Source: a virus. From it: a stretch of 64,000 nt of DNA. Shown here piece by piece: positions 50,474 through 59,432 of this stretch. The notes below the pieces were generated by a model. That model had not been told where the DNA came from. It saw nothing but the letters and a program-made list of their open reading frames with translations, and did no database searches. The stretch lies in the IMG/VR virus record IMGVR_UViG_3300010373_000003, positions 28,896 through 92,895 of that record; one strand, 5' to 3'. Positions within the stretch are counted from its first letter, which is position 1, and each line of letters starts with the position of its first letter. A program made the translations under genes and the position numbers.

Positions 50474-50897
50474 TATAAACCATCACCTTATCAGGCTTAC
50501 CAAGAAGGCAATGATTATACTTTAACCAAGCAACAGGATCATTACAAGGTCCCCATTTAATAACCTTTTCTAATTTACCCATCTCATAATTATCAACTAG
50601 ACCAAATAGACCTTCTTCATAATTAAAATTAGAATAAATCAATCCACGATTATTAGTTTCTACAAGACCATATCTCTTAATAGAATCTATATCAGAAGCT
50701 TTATTAAAATCTAAATCTCCATAGAAATATATAGCAGACTTATCACTATACTTATCTAGTCTATCTTCTTCTTTTTGAGTAATAGCTCGCATATACACAT
50801 TAAGACCTCCTTTATTAGGACTATCAGAATGGACTAATATTACCTTCTTTCTTATCCCTAATAAGTTTACTGTATCGCCTAACAAAACTTGTTTCAT
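50436..50897 (-). CDS. hypothetical protein
   Basis: 153-aa ORF overlapping the primase end. Confidence 0.55.
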   Translation of the reverse strand: MKQVLLGDTVNLLGIRKKVILVHSDSPNKGGLNVYMRAITQKEEDRLDKYSDKSAIYFYGDLDFNKASDIDSIKRYGLVETNNRGLIYSNFNYEEGLFGLVDNYEMGKLEKVIKWGPCNDPVAWLKYNHCLLGKPDKVMVYNDNYHDFFIGRR

Positions 50898-52023
50898 ATT
50901 CTTTTATATTAGTAGTTATATTAATAATAGGATCAACGATCCCTTTAATTCCTTTTTTTTCTCTCCACTCGGAGAAGTCTTTTGCACCATCTTTAACAGG
51001 TATAAGAACAGGCATTATAATAAAGTTGTTACGAAGCCATATAGTCTGCATCTTTCCAACTCTATCATTATCCATAAGAGATAGCATAATACCTCCTTTT
51101 TTTAGTTTACCATGTAACCAATCATATTCACTCTGCCTAAGTTTATAAGTTTCATGAGGTAGATTGATAACGCCGATGTTGACTTTAATGGCTCCCCCGT
51201 AGAGGAAGTTAATCTCTTTAATAGCTGCTTTTATAGCAACTCTATCTTTAGTAGACTTAGTAATAACAATTATATCATACTCATCTTGATTCAATGTATA
51301 AATACCTTCAAGATGATTACAATTAGTTATAAATCTAGTAAAACCTTTTTCACGTTTAGGAAAATAAAGTTTAATATTATAAAGTCCATTACGATCTTGA
51401 CCAAGTAAATAAGCATAACAAGGGTCAGTAGGATTATAATAATATTTAGGATCAGGATTAACATTTCTATTAATATAGTACTGATCTATAGGATATATAA
51501 ATTCAATATTTAACAAATGAGGACTAACACCTATACGTTTCCAATCATTAATATCATTATTATTCCATTCTCGAATAACCAATTCAATATTAGGTTTAGT
51601 ATTACGTAAATTAACAATAGCAGTGTTTATATCTGTAATAAGATTAATATCTTTTTCTTGTCCATAAAATATATCTTTAAACATAAACGTGATATGTCTA
51701 AGAACTTTAAGGAAATCTTCTTTATTGGATATATTAATAGGTCTATTATAAGTAGTAGTCATAACTAATGCTACAAGATCAAAACAGTCACCCCAGAAAT
51801 ATCCAGCAAAGTCTTTAAATTTAAGTCTATCCTGAGTATATTTAAACCCACAAGTAGGATTAATATCATATCTAATAGGAGAATGTATAAAGTCTCCAGT
51901 ATCAATACAATGTTGAACTATAGCATCAGAAAGATTTAAATAAGTACTAAAAATACTAACTTGACTTACTTTACTAAGAATATATTTTTTATTAAGAGTT
52001 CCAGTATTAATATTTCTAGCCAT
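50824..52023 (-). CDS. DnaG-like (TOPRIM) primase
   Basis: SPIR.D.NPTC.F, FKDFAG..GDCF, IVITKS.KD, LMDND..G, KDFSE. Confidence 0.8.
   Translation of the reverse strand: MARNINTGTLNKKYILSKVSQVSIFSTYLNLSDAIVQHCIDTGDFIHSPIRYDINPTCGFKYTQDRLKFKDFAGYFWGDCFDLVALVMTTTYNRPINISNKEDFLKVLRHITFMFKDIFYGQEKDINLITDINTAIVNLRNTKPNIELVIREWNNNDINDWKRIGVSPHLLNIEFIYPIDQYYINRNVNPDPKYYYNPTDPCYAYLLGQDRNGLYNIKLYFPKREKGFTRFITNCNHLEGIYTLNQDEYDIIVITKSTKDRVAIKAAIKEINFLYGGAIKVNIGVINLPHETYKLRQSEYDWLHGKLKKGGIMLSLMDNDRVGKMQTIWLRNNFIIMPVLIPVKDGAKDFSEWREKKGIKGIVDPIINITTNIKEYETSFVRRYSKLIRDKKEGNISPF
51132..51146 (-). repeat. dispersed motif copy 11 (TCCTCTACGGGGGAG)
   Basis: Exact core; encodes FLYGG in the primase. Confidence 0.95.
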
Positions 52024-52042
52024 TGGCAATAATTAGAGGATA

Positions 52043-52081
52043 AAAAAAAGACCAATAACTAAATAGCTATTGGTCTTTTTT
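52043..52081 (-). terminator. terminator (bidirectional form)
   Basis: AAAAAAAGACCAATAACT-AAAT-AGCTATTGGTCTTTTTT. Confidence 0.85.
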
Positions 52082-52104
52082 ACGTAGATAATAAAGTTTA
52101 TATA

Positions 52105-53076
52105 TTAGAATGGCATATCTTCAGCAGCATCAGCATTAATACTTCCAAAGCTATCCCCCATACCCGGCATACCACCCATCATAGGTGATCCCATTGCAGG
52201 AACTCCACCTCCCATATTAGGAGCTTTAGCTTTTTCAATATTCATTGGAATGATAGCTTCTTTAACAGCATCCAATCTAATAGAAGGATTAGCATTTTGT
52301 TTAAATACTTCAATACAACCTTCTCCAACAAAAGTAGGGAAGCTTAAATCTCCATTATTAACATTTTGCCAACCTTTCTTATTGTGCTTAACATGACGAA
52401 GAAGTTTAATCCAAAGAGCAATAACTTTACCGTCTTTAGTTTTATAAACAGGTTTGTCATCATTTCCTCTATTAAGCATATTCTCAATATTTTCAAACAA
52501 TGCTCTCCAACCTGCAATAACAACTTCAGATTCAACAGGAACATAATCTCCTTGCTCATCAAAGTCTTCAAAGTTAAGACTCAATGCATCAGCTTCAGCA
52601 TCAGTTAATTCACGACCTTTAAGAACAAACACATTCATAATATGTTTAACCCAGTCAAAGATAGCATTAACTTTCCATTCATCCTTAGCACCTGGAATAG
52701 TGTTAACATTAGATTCTACAGCAGTAAAAGATAATGTTTGATAATGGCGTTTATTAGGATCTTCTTCGTTAGAAGCAAAAGTAAGAACTAGTCTAGGAAT
52801 TTCTAGACCATTAAAGGAAGGCATTCCACTTGTGCTTTCGCCAATAAGAATATTAGTAACTTCTACACTAACAAGATGAGCCATAAATAACCCATTAACA
52901 TTATTAGCTAATTGATGTGTAAACTTAAGACGTTGAGTTCCTCTTGCAGAACTTACACCTCTACGATTTACTTTTTTAGTTTCTGCTGGTTGAGCAGCAC
53001 CTTCTGTTACTTTACCTTCAGCATTAGTTGTAGCAGCTTGTTGCGCAACAGCCGCTTTATCAGTGTTATCCGACAT
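52105..53076 (-). CDS. putative single-stranded DNA-binding protein
   Basis: Gly/Met-rich linker and acidic C-terminal DAAEDMPF tail typical of SSBs; replication operon. Confidence 0.6.
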   Translation of the reverse strand: MSDNTDKAAVAQQAATTNAEGKVTEGAAQPAETKKVNRRGVSSARGTQRLKFTHQLANNVNGLFMAHLVSVEVTNILIGESTSGMPSFNGLEIPRLVLTFASNEEDPNKRHYQTLSFTAVESNVNTIPGAKDEWKVNAIFDWVKHIMNVFVLKGRELTDAEADALSLNFEDFDEQGDYVPVESEVVIAGWRALFENIENMLNRGNDDKPVYKTKDGKVIALWIKLLRHVKHNKKGWQNVNNGDLSFPTFVGEGCIEVFKQNANPSIRLDAVKEAIIPMNIEKAKAPNMGGGVPAMGSPMMGGMPGMGDSFGSINADAAEDMPF

Positions 53077-53111
53077 AAATATATAATTATAAAATTAAAC
53101 GTTTAATATAC

Positions 53112-53155
53112 AAAAATAACCGATAGCGTTACTAGAGTTAGCAACACTATCGGTT
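53112..53155 (-). terminator. Rho-independent terminator
   Basis: On the - strand: AACCGATAGTGTTGCTA-ACTC-TAGTAACGCTATCGGTT, then ATTTTT. Confidence 0.8.
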
Positions 53156-53185
53156 TAAATAAAATCTCTATGAGAGAGAATAATA

Positions 53186-54013
53186 TTAGTCTTCTTGAGA
53201 CTCCTCAGCAACAGCACCTACACGAGCAGGAACTTTATCTGAATAATCACCAAGTACTAAAGCTTTAACAGTAACTTCTTCGTAACCATTAGACATAACA
53301 ACATCTTGAATGTTATCAAGATCAATTTCAAATACACGGTTTAAAGCAGTAGCTTCTTCACCCATATCAGCTTTCAATTGTTTCCACACGTTAGAATCAG
53401 TGAAAGTAAGAGAAGTACCCGGGCCAGTAACACCACCTGGGTTAGCTAATTTAGAACCTTTGAATTTAGGTAAATCCTTAGGAATAACAAACGCTGTTAA
53501 AATATCAGCTTGTTCTTCAGGAGTAATACCTTCACGAGATAAAGCAGCTTTAACTTCTTCGTTATCGCTAGCTAATGCTCCTTCAAGCATAGCTTCAAAC
53601 TGTTGTGCAACAAATTTAAGTTTATCACCTTTAGATAGACGCTCAGCAGTAGTTTTAGCTAAACCTTTAGCGTCAAATTCTTTAACACCTTTAGCAATAG
53701 CCCAGCTATCAAATTCTCTATGGATAGCAATTAATGCTTCAGGAGAATCAATTTCTAAACCAGCTTCTTCACAGAAAGCAACAAGCGAAGGATCTTTTTC
53801 ACGAATAGCAGCATCAAGTTGATCAATATTAGATAAGAACATGATGTTATCACCATGACCAATACCTAATACTTTACTAACAATAGAAGTTAATCTAAAG
53901 TTACCTTCAGTAGATACAGCAATTACTTGAGGTTCAGAAGTAGTGTTACGTTGACCAGCAGTTACAGCACTAAATCCAAAAGATAATCCGGCAGTTGATT
54001 TTACAGTTTTCAT
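53186..54013 (-). CDS. conserved hypothetical replication-module protein
   Basis: 275 aa, acidic tail, own terminator. Confidence 0.6.
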   Translation of the reverse strand: MKTVKSTAGLSFGFSAVTAGQRNTTSEPQVIAVSTEGNFRLTSIVSKVLGIGHGDNIMFLSNIDQLDAAIREKDPSLVAFCEEAGLEIDSPEALIAIHREFDSWAIAKGVKEFDAKGLAKTTAERLSKGDKLKFVAQQFEAMLEGALASDNEEVKAALSREGITPEEQADILTAFVIPKDLPKFKGSKLANPGGVTGPGTSLTFTDSNVWKQLKADMGEEATALNRVFEIDLDNIQDVVMSNGYEEVTVKALVLGDYSDKVPARVGAVAEESQED

Positions 54014-54070
54014 AAATTGTTTTTTAAATTATTAAATAATATTATTTTTATTTGTATAAAGAGAATGAGG

Positions 54071-55051
54071 TTAACCTACTTCAACGAAAGGTGTCTCTTC
54101 AGCACCATTAGCAAAGTCTTTGTTAGAAAGTTCAACACCAGATACAATCTTAAGTTCTGTAGTTTCAGAAACTCCAAATAGAATATCAGATGCAACTTCT
54201 CTTGCACAGTAAGTAAAAGCTCTATGTCCAATTAAAATACGAGCATATTTAACATAAGTGTCTTTAGTTAGTAAGTCAGCTTTAACAGCTTCACTATAAG
54301 AAAACCTGCCAATAGCAGTTATTTCTTTTCCTCTGACATTACGAGTAATTTCATACTCGGTCATATAGTCAACAGGAACATTAGGAATACGGTATACAGG
54401 TATTTTATTAGCTCTAGTAATTTCAGCCATTTGAGCTGCATTAATAGCTATACCAAATTTAACAGTGTTTAATTGATAATCTCTATAAACATTGTTTGCA
54501 CCGTCTTTATAAAATTTAACAGGATAAGCATATTGACTATCTCCATCAGGATCAGCCTTTAACCTATCTTCTGCTTCTTTTTGATTTCTACATCTTACAA
54601 CATATTCAGGAAAACTCCCGTCTACATATACATTAATACCGTCTGTATATTCATACAGAGGTTGATAATCTTTAATTGTTCTCCAAGTACAACCTGCCCT
54701 CGATAATAATGCTTTAATAATATGAATATCAACACCAGTCTTTCCATTAATAACATGGATGTGTTCAATACAAGTGCTAAAAGGTAGATTAAGGTCATTA
54801 GCTCTCATAAGGATAGCTAAACCATCAGCAACCGTAGTTATACCACCTTTAGCACTTTTCATAACTTTCGTTAGAAAGACCTCAGCAGCAGCAAGCTGTT
54901 TCTCATCAAAGAGATTCAGTGCATTTATACCTACATTAGCATTATATTGAGCAACTTCTTTAGACTGTTGTTTAACTTCATCTTTGATTTGATTAGCGGC
55001 AGGAGAATTAGCCGCATCATCAGAAACAATAGTTTCTTTATTCTCGCTCAT
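54071..55051 (-). CDS. RecT-like single-strand annealing protein
   Basis: IHVINGK..., FSYSEA.KA.L, Y.R.L..HRA...ARE...D.L.G. Confidence 0.7.
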   Translation of the reverse strand: MSENKETIVSDDAANSPAANQIKDEVKQQSKEVAQYNANVGINALNLFDEKQLAAAEVFLTKVMKSAKGGITTVADGLAILMRANDLNLPFSTCIEHIHVINGKTGVDIHIIKALLSRAGCTWRTIKDYQPLYEYTDGINVYVDGSFPEYVVRCRNQKEAEDRLKADPDGDSQYAYPVKFYKDGANNVYRDYQLNTVKFGIAINAAQMAEITRANKIPVYRIPNVPVDYMTEYEITRNVRGKEITAIGRFSYSEAVKADLLTKDTYVKYARILIGHRAFTYCAREVASDILFGVSETTELKIVSGVELSNKDFANGAEETPFVEVG

Positions 55052-55083
55052 ATTTCAAAGTACTAGATATTTGTTATCTTTAA

Positions 55084-55115
55084 CAATAGTACACTTTATT
55101 ATTAACAGTACCAAA
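55084..55115 (-). promoter_or_regulatory. candidate Bacteroidota -33/-7 promoter
   Basis: On the - strand: TTTG, 20-bp spacer, TACTATTG (one mismatch to TAnnTTTG), upstream of the RecT-like gene. Confidence 0.45.
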
Positions 55116-55132
55116 TATTTTCACTGTTATTT

Positions 55133-56518
55133 TTATAGTACTACTGCATCATTATCATTATTGTAATCAATTTCGTCCTCATCATCAGGTATAACTTTAA
55201 TCAATGATGACTCCTTTTGATTACTAAGGTGTTTGTTCTCAATTGTACCTCTACAATAAACCTTATAATTAATCGTTGGTACACTATTAAATGTAACATC
55301 AGTAAAACGCGTCTTAAAAGCAATAATGTCATCTACAAAAGGTGAGGTGAAAATCACTAAATCAATAGCTGTTTTCAGCTTCACATTAGAACTACTTTTG
55401 ATCGACAATACATTGACTTGCTTTGAGTTAAACGCTGTCAGATTCATTGTACTGATCGACTGGGCGCCTACTATTTTAGGTTGACCTTTACTAGCACCAC
55501 TCTTAACAAGAACAGGTTCATTAGTAGCACTATCAATAAGTATAGAGCTTTCTATATTATCATGATAGTCAGCACATTTAAGATCAGTAAATTCATTTAG
55601 GTATTTAGTAACCTTAGAAGCAAATTCTCCACGTTTAGACACAATAAGTATTTGCATTGTAGAATGAAAAGTACATATAGCAAGTATACTATGTAGCTTT
55701 GCTTCATTATCAGTAACTAGATCTCTTCTCTGTTTAGTAATAGTAAAGAAATTATTAGCTCTCTCAAATAGATTATTAGGATTATAAATATCATCAATCT
55801 TCTTATTCCATTCAATAGAAGTATTAAGTTCAGAACTCCAACCATTATTCGCAGCTATTTCTTCACGAAATTGAACAGCACTAATGTTTAGTTTAGAATC
55901 ACCATATTTACATTTATCAATGATACTAATATCACCAAATATAGAAACAGATGTAGCAATATATTCATTATACTTTTCGTATAACTCATGATCTTCAGCC
56001 GATAGACTGATTGCAATCCTGCGTTCCTCTACGGGGGAGTAAATGTTATCTGTACGAACAGAATTGTTAGATACAGTAACATGGATGTTAGGTAATATAC
56101 TCCTAACAGAAGTAATATAATTAGAATCCATTATATTCTTAGTAAATATAGAAAGTATAAACTTTCCTTGTCTACTTAAGAAATTAATAAGATCAAGATT
56201 ATCATTAAGACCTACTGCAATGATTAGTTTATAATCATATAAGTAAGAAGTTTTAACATAATCAGCACTTAATATTGTAGTATTATATCCAGCATTAGGT
56301 TTACTAGCTAAAGCATTAATAATAGCAGTTCTAGTTTTAAATGAATCTACAACTATGAATACTTTCACACCGTGAGACTTAATATAAAACTGATCTATAA
56401 GTTTAATAATTAGATCTGCAAAATCAATAGGATGAAAACAATAAACACTTGCTCTACCTCTATTAGCTTGAAATCCATTAATAACTTCTTTAACATACTT
56501 ATCTTGATTAGTTTTCAT
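55133..56518 (-). CDS. SF2/SNF2 helicase-like protein, degenerate motifs
   Basis: Helicase-like layout (Q..V..F..N.G, C-terminal ILIVS..FA, F...VNVL, YCRGTIE) without a recognisable Walker A or DExx. Confidence 0.6.
   Translation of the reverse strand: MKTNQDKYVKEVINGFQANRGRASVYCFHPIDFADLIIKLIDQFYIKSHGVKVFIVVDSFKTRTAIINALASKPNAGYNTTILSADYVKTSYLYDYKLIIAVGLNDNLDLINFLSRQGKFILSIFTKNIMDSNYITSVRSILPNIHVTVSNNSVRTDNIYSPVEERRIAISLSAEDHELYEKYNEYIATSVSIFGDISIIDKCKYGDSKLNISAVQFREEIAANNGWSSELNTSIEWNKKIDDIYNPNNLFERANNFFTITKQRRDLVTDNEAKLHSILAICTFHSTMQILIVSKRGEFASKVTKYLNEFTDLKCADYHDNIESSILIDSATNEPVLVKSGASKGQPKIVGAQSISTMNLTAFNSKQVNVLSIKSSSNVKLKTAIDLVIFTSPFVDDIIAFKTRFTDVTFNSVPTINYKVYCRGTIENKHLSNQKESSLIKVIPDDEDEIDYNNDNDAVVL
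56025..56039 (+). repeat. dispersed motif copy 12 (TCCTCTACGGGGGAG)
   Basis: Exact core; encodes SPVEE in the SF2-like gene. Confidence 0.95.
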
Positions 56519-58856
56519 TATCGTCAAATAAAGTATTAAATTGATTACCGTATTTCTTAATAAGAACTTTACCACTTACAGTTTTATTATTCTTATCACC
56601 TTTTTGTTTAGGAGAAATACCGAGTTTAATAGGATTAATAATTTTCATAGCTTCTTCATAATAATAAGTATAATTAACATTACGAAGTTCTATACGTTTA
56701 TCATCAAGAGTGTTAAGAACTATAACCTTTTTACCAGCAGCTAAATTACTCTTAGATTTAGCTACATTGTTAACTTTATGGATAGATCCACCTAAGTTAG
56801 CAACATAAAACCTAACATTTCTTTGTAGTTCAGTAACTTCACCATTTTTAGTAAACTCAACATGATATTGTCTACCAACATTCTGTGTTTTACAGAAGTC
56901 AAGTATATTACGACAATCATAAAGAGTCTCTAGTACAGGTTTCTTATCAACAAAGAAGTTAACAACCGCTGCGGCAACTATAGGCATATCATAACCTTTA
57001 GATAAATCATTAGCATACATAGTAGGATGCAAAGCACCTTTATATATCATCTTACCGTTGAACTCTTTAACTAGATAGTTATTTATATCCCTGTTAATAT
57101 AACATTCATATTCTTCACTATCAGCTTCAAGATTAGTTTGCTTCTTCCAAGTATCAACAATATAGTCAAACTTTTCTTTATCTTTCTTGTATAGTTTAAC
57201 AACTATACCATCGGTGTTAGCACTAATAACTTCTATCCCTCCGAGTTCCAAAGCTTCACATACCATCATAATCATTAACTGACCATTAATGGTTACTTTA
57301 AGAACAGCAAGTTTATCCATTAAATCTCCATATTGATAACCAAGTTTACCATATATACTATTGATAACAATCTTGAGAACCTCCGCAAGTATCTCTTTAG
57401 GTATACCATCAATAATAGGTTCTATAGAATGTTTAGCATCAATACGAGTATTCATAATCCATGCTACAAGTTTAACAAATGTTCTTGCATCAAGGTGAGC
57501 AGGAGCAATGTCTCTTGTAACTATAAGACGAGGATAAAAACTAGATATATCAAAGTGTACAAGTACATAACTATCTTCAGTTAGTTTACACCAATCAATA
57601 TTACCTTTAGCATCTAAATAAGTATCTCCCTCTATAATAGGAATAGGTTTACTTCTCAACTCTCTAGGAGTATCTTTACTATGCAAGCCACCCGTTGCAA
57701 CAGTATAATCAAGTTTACCTAATTTGATATCTTTAGTAAAGGAGTCTTTACTGACAGAATGTACAACAACTTTCTTCATTTCAGCTAGTGCTTGTTGAAG
57801 TTCAGGAGTCTTAAATTCAATCATATCAAGGATAACTCTTTTAAATGACATAGCGGTACGATCAGTCTTTTGTCTACCCCATTGTTTATAATCTAGTCCA
57901 CTAAACTCTGAATAGAACTTAGTAAATAGTTTATCAGCAATATCACTACGAGAACTACTTAATACATTAACACCATAGTTCTTAGAAATATTATATCTAA
58001 GCCTAACTTCATCAATATATAACCTAACCATTTCACATACAATGAAAACATCATTATCATTATACTGCATAGTTGTAGGTATATACTCAGGAATCATATA
58101 TCTATCCCACTTATCTATAATAGTATTAAGCATCTCAGCATTAATACCTTTATGTCTAAGATCAGACCAATACAATTTGTAGTCTTTGTCTCCAATAGGA
58201 GGAAGTTCATGTTCAAGCAGTTGATACCATTGTAAATTAATGGAAGTTTGCTTAAGACTTTTAGGAAAATATATAGTCTCACCAGTATTCTTATCGAAAC
58301 CTTTACCACATTTGTTTAAAGCAAACATAGTCATAACATCAATATCATTATACGGTAAACTATACTTTTTAAGATTATTAAGAAAATAGTCAGTTCTAGC
58401 TAATTCTTTATTATCTTGAATCTCTATAATTCTTTTAGAAGTATTATACAATTTAGTAATAAGTTCTTTACTTGTATTAGTTTGACCAGCATGCATAAGA
58501 AAAGCAGCCATCATCAACCTATCATATCTAGAACTATTATAACCAAACATATCACTACGTATGGCTACATTCTTTTCATTAAGATGAGGAGCCATTTGAG
58601 AAATATAACCAAGCATCTCAAATAATTGACTATCATCAGTATCAGTAATATAGAAAGATTTCTTTTTAACTCTAGATAATCTCTCTATAATTTCTTCAAC
58701 ACTAAGACACTGAACTAAAGGTACAGGAGTCTTCTTACCTTTATGATTAACTGTAACACAATCAGAAAACATACTGAGATAGTCAGCTAAATCTACAATG
58801 CACATAGAGAAGAAGTTTGGAAGTATCTCCAAGTCGTACCCGTAACTAAGTATCAT
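56508..58856 (-). CDS. polB: family B DNA polymerase
   Basis: Exo YDLE, GYNS..YD, YNDNDV; pol FDISSFYP, KIVINSIYGKLG, ANTDGI. Confidence 0.93.
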   Translation of the reverse strand: MILSYGYDLEILPNFFSMCIVDLADYLSMFSDCVTVNHKGKKTPVPLVQCLSVEEIIERLSRVKKKSFYITDTDDSQLFEMLGYISQMAPHLNEKNVAIRSDMFGYNSSRYDRLMMAAFLMHAGQTNTSKELITKLYNTSKRIIEIQDNKELARTDYFLNNLKKYSLPYNDIDVMTMFALNKCGKGFDKNTGETIYFPKSLKQTSINLQWYQLLEHELPPIGDKDYKLYWSDLRHKGINAEMLNTIIDKWDRYMIPEYIPTTMQYNDNDVFIVCEMVRLYIDEVRLRYNISKNYGVNVLSSSRSDIADKLFTKFYSEFSGLDYKQWGRQKTDRTAMSFKRVILDMIEFKTPELQQALAEMKKVVVHSVSKDSFTKDIKLGKLDYTVATGGLHSKDTPRELRSKPIPIIEGDTYLDAKGNIDWCKLTEDSYVLVHFDISSFYPRLIVTRDIAPAHLDARTFVKLVAWIMNTRIDAKHSIEPIIDGIPKEILAEVLKIVINSIYGKLGYQYGDLMDKLAVLKVTINGQLMIMMVCEALELGGIEVISANTDGIVVKLYKKDKEKFDYIVDTWKKQTNLEADSEEYECYINRDINNYLVKEFNGKMIYKGALHPTMYANDLSKGYDMPIVAAAVVNFFVDKKPVLETLYDCRNILDFCKTQNVGRQYHVEFTKNGEVTELQRNVRFYVANLGGSIHKVNNVAKSKSNLAAGKKVIVLNTLDDKRIELRNVNYTYYYEEAMKIINPIKLGISPKQKGDKNNKTVSGKVLIKKYGNQFNTLFDDNEN

Positions 58857-58867
58857 AAGTATTATTA

Positions 58868-59431
58868 TTAGTTTAACATTGAAGACAATATAGTTTTCAA
58901 TTCATTAAAGAACTTATCTTTAACAATAATATTATCATAAAGTAAAACAGCAGGACTGTAAGCTTTATAAACATATTTATTATGTAAATACATAGCAACA
59001 GTATTGTTGTTTTGATAATCATCAAAAGTAGAACCAAAAAAGATAATGTGTTTAGCAACTAATCTATTAACTTCATAAGTAAGATAATGACTACAAGGAC
59101 TTATAGCAGACTCATAAAGATTAAAAGTTGTATTTTTACTACATTTAACTAATCTAGTAACATATACATCATTAAATATATCTCTATTAAAAACATCAGA
59201 ATATGCATCCTTAAGTATAGTTAACAGATTAACATAACCTAGTTTAGACTTAGGATCATAACTAGGAAGTATGAATATAAAATTAGAATGAATATTTCCA
59301 ATACCTAAAGTAACAGTTTCTTCGTCTTTAGCATATAATTTATATACACAATTACTACAAACATCATTAGCTTTAATCTTAATTTTAGTACCCATATGAT
59401 CAAATGCAACTTCAATAGTCTTTTTACTCAT
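58868..59431 (-). CDS. uracil-DNA glycosylase family-4-like protein (degenerate)
   Basis: CSNC, G.GN..S..IFI, VYVT.LVKC, C..YL..EV, YSPA. Confidence 0.65.
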   Translation of the reverse strand: MSKKTIEVAFDHMGTKIKIKANDVCSNCVYKLYAKDEETVTLGIGNIHSNFIFILPSYDPKSKLGYVNLLTILKDAYSDVFNRDIFNDVYVTRLVKCSKNTTFNLYESAISPCSHYLTYEVNRLVAKHIIFFGSTFDDYQNNNTVAMYLHNKYVYKAYSPAVLLYDNIIVKDKFFNELKTILSSMLN

Positions 59432-59432
59432 A

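Noticed and set aside
6788-51146. Invertase/shufflon sites
   Set aside because: No recombinase seen in the window, and inversion between paired sites would break essential genes. Not formally excluded without long reads.
6788-56039. Motif as a repeated protein motif (PVEE, SSTGE)
   Set aside because: The same DNA is read in three registers and on both strands, and also occurs in non-coding DNA.
38715-58856. Introns or inteins in thyX, primase, polB
   Set aside because: ORFs are continuous; no intein splice-junction or homing-endonuclease motifs seen.
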